A stretch of DNA of 63,088 nt, the filler included. It is 6 parts of 6 records of this genome, joined end to end, with 100 filler letters (N's around TTAATTAATTAA, not from the genome) between each part and the next. Parts side by side here need not be neighbours in the genome. Positions count along the whole stretch, not along the records: positions 15,013 to 26,101 come from DRR723986_17043; positions 26,202 to 31,526 come from DRR723986_17046; positions 31,627 to 51,356 come from DRR723986_17051; 3 more parts are not named here. One strand, given 5' to 3'. This document shows positions 23,811-32,466 of the stretch, one piece after another. The notes beneath the pieces are model-generated. The model worked only from the letters and a program-made list of their open reading frames with translations. It was not told the origin of the DNA and searched no databases. The translations under genes and the position numbers were made by a program. Position 1 is the first letter of the stretch, and each line of letters opens with the position of its first letter.

Positions 23811-25081
23811 TGGAGAGGCTCCTCGCGCTGACCGGCTTCTCCGATCAGGTGGGTCAATTCGATATTGTTCAGGATATGGGATCGAAGATACGTCAGGCGC
23901 TCTTCCTTCAAGGCCGTTAGCGTCCTCTGTGCGTCGAAGACGTCCAGGTATGAGAATGCGCCGCGATTGTAGCCTTCCGTGGCAAGATCAAGCGCGCGCT
24001 GAGCTTCCGGCACCAGCGTTCCGTCGATCTCTGCAATGGCATCCAAGGCGCTGAGCGATGCGCGCTGGTACGCCATGGCTTTCCGCACAAGTTCCTGCCG
24101 CAGCGCCTCGGACTCTACCTGGATGCGAAACGCTTCAGCCCTCGCCCTGGCGACACCCGCCTCGCTCCGTATGCCTGTGCCCAGCGGGATGGACACACCA
24201 CCGATGACGGCAAGGTCTTCTTCAATCCCGAACTTCCGGGCGCCGACACTCCATGTGACATCTGGAACGGCGGACGCCTTCTCGACTTCCGCTTTCGCAA
24301 TGGACCGGGCTCTTTCAGCATCGAGACTGTCCAGGTGCGGTGTGTTGATGTCGGATGGACCTATCGCGCGAGCCGAAGGGGAAAGCTCCATAACGGACGA
24401 GTCCAGCCTGATCTCTGCATCACTGCCCCAGTAGGAGACCAGCGCGGCGCGAAGATCACGGGCTTCAATCGCATAGCGACGGGCGTCCGCCGCCGCCTGG
24501 AGACGGTCAGATGCCGCGCGTGCAGACGCGAGCAACGGGTCTCGGGCCGCATCGACGCGGCGCTTGATGGCCGCCTCCAGTGTTGTCGCGATTTCAAGCC
24601 GCTCACAGGCGAGCTTGAGCCTTTCCCCGGAGAACGCCGCTTCCGCATAGAGGTTTTCGATTTCGTGGCGGATTTCATAGTCAGCCAGGGCGAGACCAGA
24701 CCGCGCCACCCCGACGCTTGAATCTGCGAGCGCCTGACGTGCCTCTAACTTTCCGCCTCTTTCCCAGACACGTGAGAACCGCCCGGTGACCTGCAGGCTA
24801 TCGATGTTGCTCGCAAGGCCCGTACCGGGGAAGTCCTCGATCTCTACGGTCACTGTGTCCGCTGGCCGCAGACCGGCAATAGACCGCTCGGTCCGGGCTG
24901 CAGCAACTGCGGCTTCTGCAGAATTTGGTCGCAGGTCGTACTCGCTGGCGCGGGAAATTGCGGCCTCCAGCGTGATCAGCTCAACAGTATCCGACTGTGG
25001 TTCACACGTTCCGGTCTCGGCGGCCGCGTACGTGGCGGGAATGGCCAGCACAAAGGCTAGGCCAAGGTATTTGATAGACAT
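23807..25081 (-). CDS. czcC: TolC-family outer membrane factor (CzcC-like)
   Basis: ERGGKLEAR, PDVTWSVG, VSIPL, GYNRGAFSYLDVFDAQRTL; stop overlaps the czcB ATG (ATGA). Confidence 0.88.
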   Translation of the reverse strand: MSIKYLGLAFVLAIPATYAAAETGTCEPQSDTVELITLEAAISRASEYDLRPNSAEAAVAAARTERSIAGLRPADTVTVEIEDFPGTGLASNIDSLQVTGRFSRVWERGGKLEARQALADSSVGVARSGLALADYEIRHEIENLYAEAAFSGERLKLACERLEIATTLEAAIKRRVDAARDPLLASARAASDRLQAAADARRYAIEARDLRAALVSYWGSDAEIRLDSSVMELSPSARAIGPSDINTPHLDSLDAERARSIAKAEVEKASAVPDVTWSVGARKFGIEEDLAVIGGVSIPLGTGIRSEAGVARARAEAFRIQVESEALRQELVRKAMAYQRASLSALDAIAEIDGTLVPEAQRALDLATEGYNRGAFSYLDVFDAQRTLTALKEERLTYLRSHILNNIELTHLIGEAGQREEPLQ

Positions 25082-25150
25082 GAAAAAGCGCCCTTGATGG
25101 CTGGAACAGACATGCCGGATCGCATCCGCAACCCGGTTAGAGTTCAGCTA

Positions 25151-25522
25151 TCAGGCGCGTTCGGGGTCCGGGTCTCTCGGCAAAACGGGGCCGAGCCTGT
25201 CTAAGCAGTCGCCGAAACACCGCTCAGCGGTCAGGAACGGAATGACGCCGTTCGCAGGGGCTTTCAGATCAATCGCGACAAAGTGTAGATCTGCATCATG
25301 ACTGGATGATCCGTGGTGCTGCGGGGGTTCGCCCAGGCTGGATGATCCATCTTCGGCTTCAAGGTCTGCGTCGTCAGCATCGAAGTGATGATCGTGACCG
25401 TGATCGTCGTGGGTGTGCGTCACCCCCGCATCCTGTGCATGTGCCCGCGAATGCTCCACCGGCACCAGAACACCTGATGCGGCAAATGCAATACAGAGCA
25501 GCAATGCACGGACGAACGCCAT
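25151..25522 (-). CDS. Small exported His/Asp-rich protein, probable metal binder heading the operon
   Basis: Signal-like N-terminus, HTHDDHGHDHH, QHHGSSSHDADLH, Pro-rich end PRDPDPERA; occupies the czcI-like position. Confidence 0.7.
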   Translation of the reverse strand: MAFVRALLLCIAFAASGVLVPVEHSRAHAQDAGVTHTHDDHGHDHHFDADDADLEAEDGSSSLGEPPQHHGSSSHDADLHFVAIDLKAPANGVIPFLTAERCFGDCLDRLGPVLPRDPDPERA

Positions 25523-25631
25523 CTGCCCCGACTACATGGCAGTTGTGAATAAGTAAAGAACGGCGGCGGCGAACTTGCACTGCAATCGAAATTATTGACC
25601 AGTGCTAAGATGCCCAATTTTGTTCGAGCGT

Positions 25632-25777
25632 ATCGTCGCATTTTGGGACCATGCTGACATTCACACAGCTTTGCGCGACTGGCTTAAAAGGGTCAGAAGC
25701 AGACATACGAGCCGGGGTGCCTGAATGACCGGGATTGGCCCTTAGGAGACGTCCGGCTCATCGCGAAAGCGGAAGTT
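25632..25777. repeat. Four degenerate 30-bp imperfect palindromes
   Basis: Units at 25632, 25678, 25724 (46-bp period) and 25748; ends resemble AATGTC...GACATT. Confidence 0.6.
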
Positions 25778-26071
25778 TGGCGGGGCCGGTCAGCCGTTTT
25801 CCATTGTGTTGGGCTATCAGTATATCAAAATGGGCGTCTGTGAGCCCACTATGCCTTTACGGCCGCATATCAAACGTAGTTTCTGTAGTTGAAGACTATT
25901 CTCGCCGGCATCTGTTGTGGATGGAACACCATGAGATCTAATTTTGTGATCATGCGCATGTTGCCAATACTGAGCGCATGCGCCGTAGCCGGATGCTTTA
26001 ATTCCTCCGGGAACTCGCCACGAACTTCAGACCAAGTGGGGCAGAACGCATCGAAAATCACAGCAGAAGTT

Positions 26072-26101
26072 TGAACCGCCCCGGGTTTGCCGGAGGCTCT
26101 G
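26072..26101 (+). mobile_element. Terminal inverted repeat of an IS3-family element at the contig end
   Basis: TGAACCGCCCCGGGTTTGCCGGAGGCTC resembles IS629/IS6110-type ends (TGAACCGCCCCGG...GGAGAC); the assembly breaks here. Confidence 0.8.
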
Positions 26102-26201
26102 NNNNNNNNNNNNNNNNNNNNNNNNNNNNNNNNNNNNNNNNNNNNTTAATTAATTAANNNNNNNNNNNNNNNNNNNNNNNNNNNNNNNNNNNNNNNNNNN
26201 N
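26102..26201. other. Artificial contig spacer
   Basis: 44 N + TTAATTAATTAA + 44 N. Confidence 0.99.
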
Positions 26202-27479
26202 CACCGCGATGATGAAGGGAAAGCCGTGCTTGGCGACGTAGTCGGTGTTCAGCCGGGTAAACGTCTCTCGTTCCGCGTCGGTCAGCAGGTTCAGACCTGC
26301 CCCCGCCTGTTCCGAGGTCGATTCCGCCGTCAGCCGCCCCGCCGACGCCAGTTTCCCCGCCAGATCGGGGTGGGCACGCAGGACGCCAAGCCGTTCATCC
26401 TCGCTGGCCGAACGGAAGGCACGGGCCAGCACATTGTGAACGCCGGCCGCACAATCATGGGCGGGGCCAAGCTCCATGTCCCAGGCGCGGTCCGCGATCC
26501 AGGTGGAATGCTCGAAGATACTGCCATAGGCCGCCACGAAGGCCTCGCGCGACATCTGTGATGGCAGGACGCGGCCCATCGGCGGATGCGTGGCCGCCCA
26601 ATGATCCGCGATGTCGATGCGACGGGCAAACCAGACATCCGCATGCCCGGCGGCGTAATCGAGAAAGCGTTTCAGTGCTATCACCCGGCCCGGACGTCCG
26701 ATCAGGCGGCAATGCAGGCCGATGGACAGCATCTTGGCCTGACCTGCCTCACCCTCAGCATAGAGCGCATCGAAGCTGTCTTTCAGGTAGGCAAAGAACT
26801 GATCGCCCGAATTGAAGCCCTGCGGCGTCGCAAAGCGCATGTCGTTGCAATCTAGAGTATAGGGCAGGATCAGCTGATCCCTGCCGCCCGCCTTGACCCA
26901 ATAGGGCAGGTCGTCGGCATAGGTGTCCGAGATATAGTCCATCCCGGCCTCGGCCGCCAATTCCACGGTGTTGACCGAACAACGCCCGGTATACCAGCCG
27001 CGCGGAGCTTCGCCCGTGACCTCGGTATGCAGGCGGATGGCCTCTGCGATCTGGGCGCGCTCTTCCTCGGCGGGCATGTCCTTGTGTTCGACCCACTTGA
27101 GCCCGTGGCTGGCGATCTCCCACCCGGCAGTCTGCATCGCGCGCACCTGTTCGGGGCTGCGCGCCAGGGCGGTTGCGACGCCATAGACGGTCAACGGAAT
27201 GCCCATGGATGTGAACAGCCGGTGCAACCGCCAGAACCCGGCCCGTGCGCCGTATTCATAGATAGATTCCATATTCCAGTGGCGCTGACCGGGCCATTGC
27301 GCGGCACCGACGATCTCGGACAAAAACGCCTCGGACGCTGCATCGCCATGCAAGACGCAGTTCTCGCCACCTTCTTCGTAGTTCAGCACGATCTGCACGG
27401 CGATTTTCGCACCTCCCGGCCATTGCGGGTCGGGCATCGCGGGGCCATGGCCGCGCATGTCTCTGACGTAGCGTGTCAC
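26202..27479 (-). CDS. puuE: Allantoinase PuuE fused to OHCU decarboxylase (3' truncated)
   Basis: LNYEEGGEN, ESIYEYGARAGFWRL, ASHGLKW, GLHCRLIGRPGR, then a UraD domain (IFEHS.W, RAHPDLAG, STSEQ, GFPFIIAV). Confidence 0.95.
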
Positions 27480-27629
27480 GTTTGTTTTGTCCTCGTCACG
27501 TTTGGGGCACCATATATGAGAGAGTTAGCTTTGACTTTCTCGCAATTTTTGAAACTGCTGTATCGGCGCGGACCGTGCGCATCGTGACGCAACGCTGCAT
27601 AAACGGGCGCAAAGACCAAGGAGAGGGCA

Positions 27630-27986
27630 ATGGCCGGATATCTGACGACACATGTGCTGGACACCGCGCGGGGCTGCCCGGCGGAGGGGCTGAAGATTGC
27701 GCTATATGCCGTGTCCGGCAACTCGCATCGCAAGATCGTCGAGATGGTGACAAATGCGGATGGGCGCACCGATAGCCCCATTCTGCCGCAAGACGTGTTC
27801 AAGACCGGCAGCTATGAGTTGGTGTTTTTCGCGGGGGACTACCTGCGCGCCAGCGGACAGGGTGGGGAAGAGCCGTTGTTCCTCGATCAGGTGCCGATCC
27901 GCTTTGGCATGTCAGACCCGGAGGCGCATTACCATGTGCCGCTTTTGCTGTCGCCTTACGGGTTTTCCACTTACCGGGGCAGCTAG
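27630..27986 (+). CDS. uraH: 5-hydroxyisourate hydrolase
   Basis: LTTHVLD...G.PA, TNADGR, HYHVPLLLSPYGFSTYRGS; RBS GGAG. Confidence 0.97.
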   Translation: MAGYLTTHVLDTARGCPAEGLKIALYAVSGNSHRKIVEMVTNADGRTDSPILPQDVFKTGSYELVFFAGDYLRASGQGGEEPLFLDQVPIRFGMSDPEAHYHVPLLLSPYGFSTYRGS

Positions 27987-27995
27987 GCAGGGGGC

Positions 27996-28055
27996 AAAAT
28001 CCGTCACGGATTTTATGGCTTTTCACAAAGCCATCCAAGCGGCGTCACGCCGCTT
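27996..28055. repeat. Three adjacent perfect hairpins between convergent uraH and lysR (REP-like and/or bidirectional terminator)
   Basis: AAAATCCG-TCA-CGGATTTT, ATGGCTTT-TCAC-AAAGCCAT, AAGCGGCG-TCA-CGCCGCTT. Confidence 0.85.
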
Positions 28056-28065
28056 TCGCCGCCCG

Positions 28066-28968
28066 TCAGGGCAGTTCGCGGCGGATATGATCGGCCATGT
28101 AGTCGATCAGCAGCCGCGCCTTGGGATCCTGCCGCTTGCGGTGCATATACAGGCAGGCCATCTGGATCGGCACCGGCGGCTCGTTCTCCAGCACCGGCAC
28201 CAGTGCGCCAGAGGCCAGGTGATCGGCCACCTCGAACACCGGCTTCAGAATGATTCCCTGTCCGGCCAGAGCCCACCCGGTCAGAACATCGCCGTCATCG
28301 GACTCGAACGGTCCGTTCACCGCAATCCGGCGCACCCCGTCCAGCGTTTGCAGGGGCCACTGGAATTCCGGCGCGCCGGGGTAGCGCAGGTTCAGGCAAT
28401 CATGCTTTCCGCCGGTCAGGTCCATACCGCTTTGCGGCATGCCCCTTCGCGCGACATAATCTGGCGAGGCACACAGCACCCTCGGGCAATCGGCAATTTT
28501 TCGGATGCGCAGGGTACTGTCCTCGGGCACCCCAAGGAAGAATGCAACGTCCAGTCCTTCCTTGGCCACATCAAGCCGCCGGTCCGACAGTCGCAGGCGG
28601 ATGTCGATGAGCGGAAATTGCGCTTTGAATGCGGGCATCGCAGGCGCAACCAGCCTGCGCCCGACCCCAAGCGGTGCCGCGATATATAGCGTGCCGCGCG
28701 GGGTTTGCGTGACCTTGTTGATCTCGGCCTCGGCTTCCTCCACCGCGTCGAGGATCTTGCACGCCCCGCGATAGAAGATCACCCCCTGTTCCGTCGGGTT
28801 CAACTGCCGCGTGGTGCGTTGAAAGAGCCGCACGTTCAGGTGCTCTTCCAATTGCGAAATGCGCGATGAGGCCACCGCCGCCGAAATTCGCTGATCCCGC
28901 GCGGCGGCTGACATCGACCCTAGTTCAAAAACCCGCACAAAGGTGCGCACATTGTCCAGATAGGCCAT
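28066..28968 (-). CDS. LysR-family regulator of the urate cluster
   Basis: HTH FVRVFELGSMSAAARD...LFQRTTR..PTEQG; ATG 28968 gives 300 aa; divergent from puuD. Confidence 0.93.
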   Translation of the reverse strand: MAYLDNVRTFVRVFELGSMSAAARDQRISAAVASSRISQLEEHLNVRLFQRTTRQLNPTEQGVIFYRGACKILDAVEEAEAEINKVTQTPRGTLYIAAPLGVGRRLVAPAMPAFKAQFPLIDIRLRLSDRRLDVAKEGLDVAFFLGVPEDSTLRIRKIADCPRVLCASPDYVARRGMPQSGMDLTGGKHDCLNLRYPGAPEFQWPLQTLDGVRRIAVNGPFESDDGDVLTGWALAGQGIILKPVFEVADHLASGALVPVLENEPPVPIQMACLYMHRKRQDPKARLLIDYMADHIRRELP

Positions 28969-29077
28969 GTGAATTCGTAGCCTTTTTTTGAAACAGATCG
29001 GTAATTTCTTGCAATACCGGCTAAACACAGGCTGCGATAGGTCTAAACTGGTTGCAAGCAAAGAAAAGGGTGCGGGG

Positions 29078-30334
29078 ATGCAGGATTTCCTGATCATGTG
29101 GGACTGGCTGGAAGTGGCCGTAAGGTGGCTGCATGTCATCACGGCGATCGCCTGGATCGGCTCCAGTTTCTATTTCATCGCACTCGATCTTGGCCTTCGC
29201 CGCGAGGGCGACCTGCGCGGCGCCGATGGCGAGGAATGGCAGGTCCACGGCGGCGGCTTCTACCATGTGCGCAAATACCTGGTCGCACCCGAGGCGATGC
29301 CCGACCACCTGACCTGGTTCAAATGGGAAAGCTACTCCACCTGGCTCTCTGGTGCGGCTTTGCTGATGCTGGTCTATTGGGCGGGGGCCGAGCTTTACCT
29401 GCTCGACCCGGCCAAGGCCGATCTGGCGGTCTGGCAGGGTATCCTGATCTCCGCCGCCTCGCTGACCGTGGGCTGGCTGGTCTATGATTTCCTGTGCAAA
29501 TCCGGCCTCGGTGAAAAGCCCACGGCCCTGATGCTGCTGCTGTTCGTGCTGCTGGTGGCCATGGGCTACGGCTATAACCTGATCTTCTCGGGCCGGGCAA
29601 TGATGCTGCATCTGGGGGCCTTCACCGCCACCATCATGACGGCCAATGTGTTCTTCATCATCATGCCAAATCAACGCATCGTGGTGGCGGACCTGAAGGC
29701 AGGCCGCAAGCCCGACCCGAAATACGGCAAGATCGCCAAGCTGCGGTCGACCCATAACAACTATCTGACCCTGCCGGTGATCTTCCTGATGCTGTCGAAC
29801 CACTACCCGCTGGCTTTTGCCACCGAATACAATTGGTTGATCGCGGCGCTTGTGTTCCTGATGGGTGTGACGATCCGGCATTTCTTCAACTCGATGCATT
29901 CGCGCAAGGGGATGCCCTGGTGGACCTGGGCGGTCACGGTGATCCTGTTCATCGCCATTGCGTGGCTGTCCACGGCGGGCAGCGAGCATGACAGCTATGA
30001 GGAAAGCGAGGCGCGCGACCTGACCCATCGGGAAGAGCAGTTGATGGCTGCCGAGGGGTTCGAGGATGTCAGCTGGACGATCCCCGGCCGCTGCGCCATG
30101 TGCCATGCGCGCGAACCGTCCTGGCCCGGCATCCGGCAGGCCCCGCGCGGCATTCTGCTGGAAACGCCCGCCGATATTGCCCGCGCCGCGCGCGAAATCT
30201 ATTTGCAGGCAGGCGTCACAACCGCCATGCCGCCCGCCAACGTGTCTTACATGGAAGAGGACGAACGCGCGCTGATCCGCCGTTGGTATCGCGCGGCGGG
30301 CGAGGATGTACCCTTTGGGCTCGCGATGAACTGA
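29078..30334 (+). CDS. puuD: Integral-membrane cytochrome c urate oxidase/hydroxylase
   Basis: RWLHVI..IAWIGSSFYF, WQVHGGGFY, WFKWESYSTWLSG, RSTHNNYLTLPV; C-terminal heme motif CAMCH and MPP.N. Confidence 0.93.
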   Translation: MQDFLIMWDWLEVAVRWLHVITAIAWIGSSFYFIALDLGLRREGDLRGADGEEWQVHGGGFYHVRKYLVAPEAMPDHLTWFKWESYSTWLSGAALLMLVYWAGAELYLLDPAKADLAVWQGILISAASLTVGWLVYDFLCKSGLGEKPTALMLLLFVLLVAMGYGYNLIFSGRAMMLHLGAFTATIMTANVFFIIMPNQRIVVADLKAGRKPDPKYGKIAKLRSTHNNYLTLPVIFLMLSNHYPLAFATEYNWLIAALVFLMGVTIRHFFNSMHSRKGMPWWTWAVTVILFIAIAWLSTAGSEHDSYEESEARDLTHREEQLMAAEGFEDVSWTIPGRCAMCHAREPSWPGIRQAPRGILLETPADIARAAREIYLQAGVTTAMPPANVSYMEEDERALIRRWYRAAGEDVPFGLAMN

Positions 30335-30382
30335 TCGCCCGTTAAGGGGTTGGAAAGGTGGCTCTGCCAGTCTGGCGGGGCC

Positions 30383-30835
30383 ATGTCCAATTTCGCTGAC
30401 CTCCCGCCGCCGCTGCACCCGGATCAGATTGCCTTGATCGAAACCAGTTTCACGCGCGCACTGCGCGGAAAGGCGGAACTGTCGGATCGGGTCTATGACC
30501 GATTTTTCGAGCTGGAGCCCGACACACGACATCTGTTTAACGCCGATCTTGCCGCGCAACGGGCCAAGATCATGCGGGCGCTCTCCTTTACCGTGCGGGC
30601 CATGGCATCCGACGCTGAACTGATGCGCGTGGCCGAAGGGTTGGCGCGATCGCATCTGCGCTTTCACATCACCGAAGCGCAGCTAAGGCACATGGCAGAG
30701 GCGGTGCTCGGCGCGTTTCGCGACTGTGTGGGCGCGGGGTTCACGACTGAGATGGAGGCCAGTTGGCAGGCGGCCTTCGACCGTTTCCTGCCGATGGTTC
30801 TGTCCGCGCAGAACCGGCTGCTGGCAGAGGCCTGA
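30383..30835 (+). CDS. Single-domain globin (Vitreoscilla/flavohemoglobin-like 3/3 fold)
   Basis: Tyr B10 (VYDRFF), Phe CD1 (RHLF), Gln E7 (AQRAK), proximal His F8 (ARSH), H-helix ASWQAAF; no reductase domain. Confidence 0.88.
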   Translation: MSNFADLPPPLHPDQIALIETSFTRALRGKAELSDRVYDRFFELEPDTRHLFNADLAAQRAKIMRALSFTVRAMASDAELMRVAEGLARSHLRFHITEAQLRHMAEAVLGAFRDCVGAGFTTEMEASWQAAFDRFLPMVLSAQNRLLAEA

Positions 30836-30841
30836 TGCGGA

Positions 30842-31526
30842 TCAGCGCGCGGCCTCGGCAGCGGCCCGGATGGCGCGGATGTTGTCCCCGTAGACCTGCG
30901 GCTGATCGACCGACCCGCCCTTGAACACGGCCGATCCCGCGACCAGCACATCAGCGCCCGCTGCCGCCACCAAAGGTGCGGTTTCGGTGGTGACGCCGCC
31001 GTCGATCTGAATATGGATCGGCCGATCGCCGATCATCTGCCGCAACCGGCGGGTCTTCTCCACACCGGAATGGATGAACTTCTGCCCGCCAAATCCGGGG
31101 TTCACGGTCATGATCAGCACCATGTCCACCAGATCCAGCACGTGCTCGATGCTGTCGAGCGGCGTGCCTGGGTTGAGGCTAACACCTGCCATCTTGCCGG
31201 TGGCCTTGATCGCCTGCAACGTGCGGTGGATATGTGGCCCGGCCTCGACATGGGCGGTGATCATGTCAGCGCCCGCCTCGGCATAGGCGTCGATATAGGG
31301 ATCGACCGGGGCGATCATCAGATGCACGTCCATGAAGGTTTTCACATGCGGGCGGAAGGCTTTCACGGCGGGGGGGCCGAAGGTCAGGTTCGGCACGAAA
31401 TGCCCATCCATTACATCGACATGCACCCAGTCGGCGCCCTGATCTTCAATGGCCCTGATCTCGGCCCCGAAATTGGCGAAATCGGCGGAGAGAATCGAGG
31501 GGGCGATCTTGATGGAACGGTCGAAG
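30842..31526 (-). CDS. rpe: Ribulose-phosphate 3-epimerase (first codons cut by contig edge)
   Basis: [43 protein letters not shown]. Confidence 0.97.
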
Positions 31527-31626
31527 NNNNNNNNNNNNNNNNNNNNNNNNNNNNNNNNNNNNNNNNNNNNTTAATTAATTAANNNNNNNNNNNNNNNNNN
31601 NNNNNNNNNNNNNNNNNNNNNNNNNN
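31527..31626. other. Artificial contig spacer
   Basis: 44 N + TTAATTAATTAA + 44 N. Confidence 0.99.
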
Positions 31627-31649
31627 GTAGTGCAGGCAGCCTGCCTGCA
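31627..31649 (+). repeat. GTAG-tagged REP-like palindrome at the contig start
   Basis: GTAG + TGCAGGCAG-C-CTGCCTGCA (perfect 9-bp arms). Confidence 0.65.
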
Positions 31650-31910
31650 ATCTTCCCCCTGTTTTCGCGAAAACGCCACGACACACCGATTCGTCTGTCG
31701 AAAAGTCTCTCTCGGAGGCTCAAAGGCACGGAGAGAGCCTGCTCGCCGACCAACGCTAGGCGTCGGTGCCCGCTGGCGTCTTCACCCGCGATGCGTTAGA
31801 TGTCACACACGGCTGCACCAAAGGCGTGTGCTTGGCATTGCACAGCGTGACGCGTTGGGGACGTCTCGCGGCACCGAAACCGAAGATGTCGAATTTCAGG
31901 ATTTTCTTGC

Positions 31911-31961
31911 TTGCATCTGTCTAGTTAAACGCGTACAGTGTACTAGGTCGTGCGGTACACC
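31911..31961 (+). promoter_or_regulatory. Sigma70 promoter overlapped by a YtrA-type operator
   Basis: TTGCAT (31911)-N17-TACAGT (31934); operator AGTGTA-N13-TACACC (31937-31961). Confidence 0.75.
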
Positions 31962-32035
31962 TAGGGTGGTAAGACGGTCCAGGTCTAGCTGGCTGGGTGA
32001 CGGAGAAAGTGGCAATTCACAGGCGATCATCGCAA

Positions 32036-32422
32036 ATGAAATTCAAAATCAATTTGAACGAAGGGCGACCGCTTTATCGGCAGATCATTGATCAAATCCG
32101 AAAAGCAATCGCTTCTGGGCAACTTACCGTTGGTAACGGACTGCCAAGCGTTCGGCAGTTGGCCGAAGAACTGGTAATCAACCACAACACGGTGGCAAAG
32201 GCCTACGCGGAGCTGGTGCGCGACGGCACTTTGACCAGTCAACATGGCCGCGGAGTGTTTGTTGCAAAGCGCAGAAACGTCTTCTCTGCGGCTGAACGCA
32301 AGCGGCGACTTGCGAGTGCCATGGAAACTTTTCTGGCTGATATCGCAGTGCTCGATTTCTCGCCTGAGCACGTTTTGTCTGAGCTATCGGAGCGGATGGA
32401 ATCGGCTGGTGCGTCGGAGTAG
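32036..32422 (+). CDS. GntR-family regulator, YtrA subfamily
   Basis: PLYRQI, LPSVRQLA, INHNTVAKAY..L, GRGVFV; short C-terminal domain; directly upstream of ABC genes. Confidence 0.93.
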   Translation: MKFKINLNEGRPLYRQIIDQIRKAIASGQLTVGNGLPSVRQLAEELVINHNTVAKAYAELVRDGTLTSQHGRGVFVAKRRNVFSAAERKRRLASAMETFLADIAVLDFSPEHVLSELSERMESAGASE

Positions 32423-32466
32423 GCAAATCCCCGCACCGAACACAAAGAACAACCGGAGGAAACAAT

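Noticed and set aside
25632..25777. Possible CRISPR mini-array
   Set aside because: Units are too divergent, spacers are only 16 nt and no cas gene is present; kept as a possible recombination-site array instead.
26202..27479. PuuE-OHCU decarboxylase fusion as a novelty
   Set aside because: This fusion is already familiar in alphaproteobacterial urate clusters.
27546..28994. Shared TTTTTGAAAC in the puuE/uraH (27546) and lysR/puuD (28985) intergenic regions as the LysR site
   Set aside because: Plausible but low complexity, and I could not define a consistent dyad, so it is not called.
29021..30667. Long antisense ORFs (548 aa here; also 10279-11463, 53885-54733, 61639-62889)
   Set aside because: Shadow frames of well-supported genes in GC-rich DNA, with no motifs.
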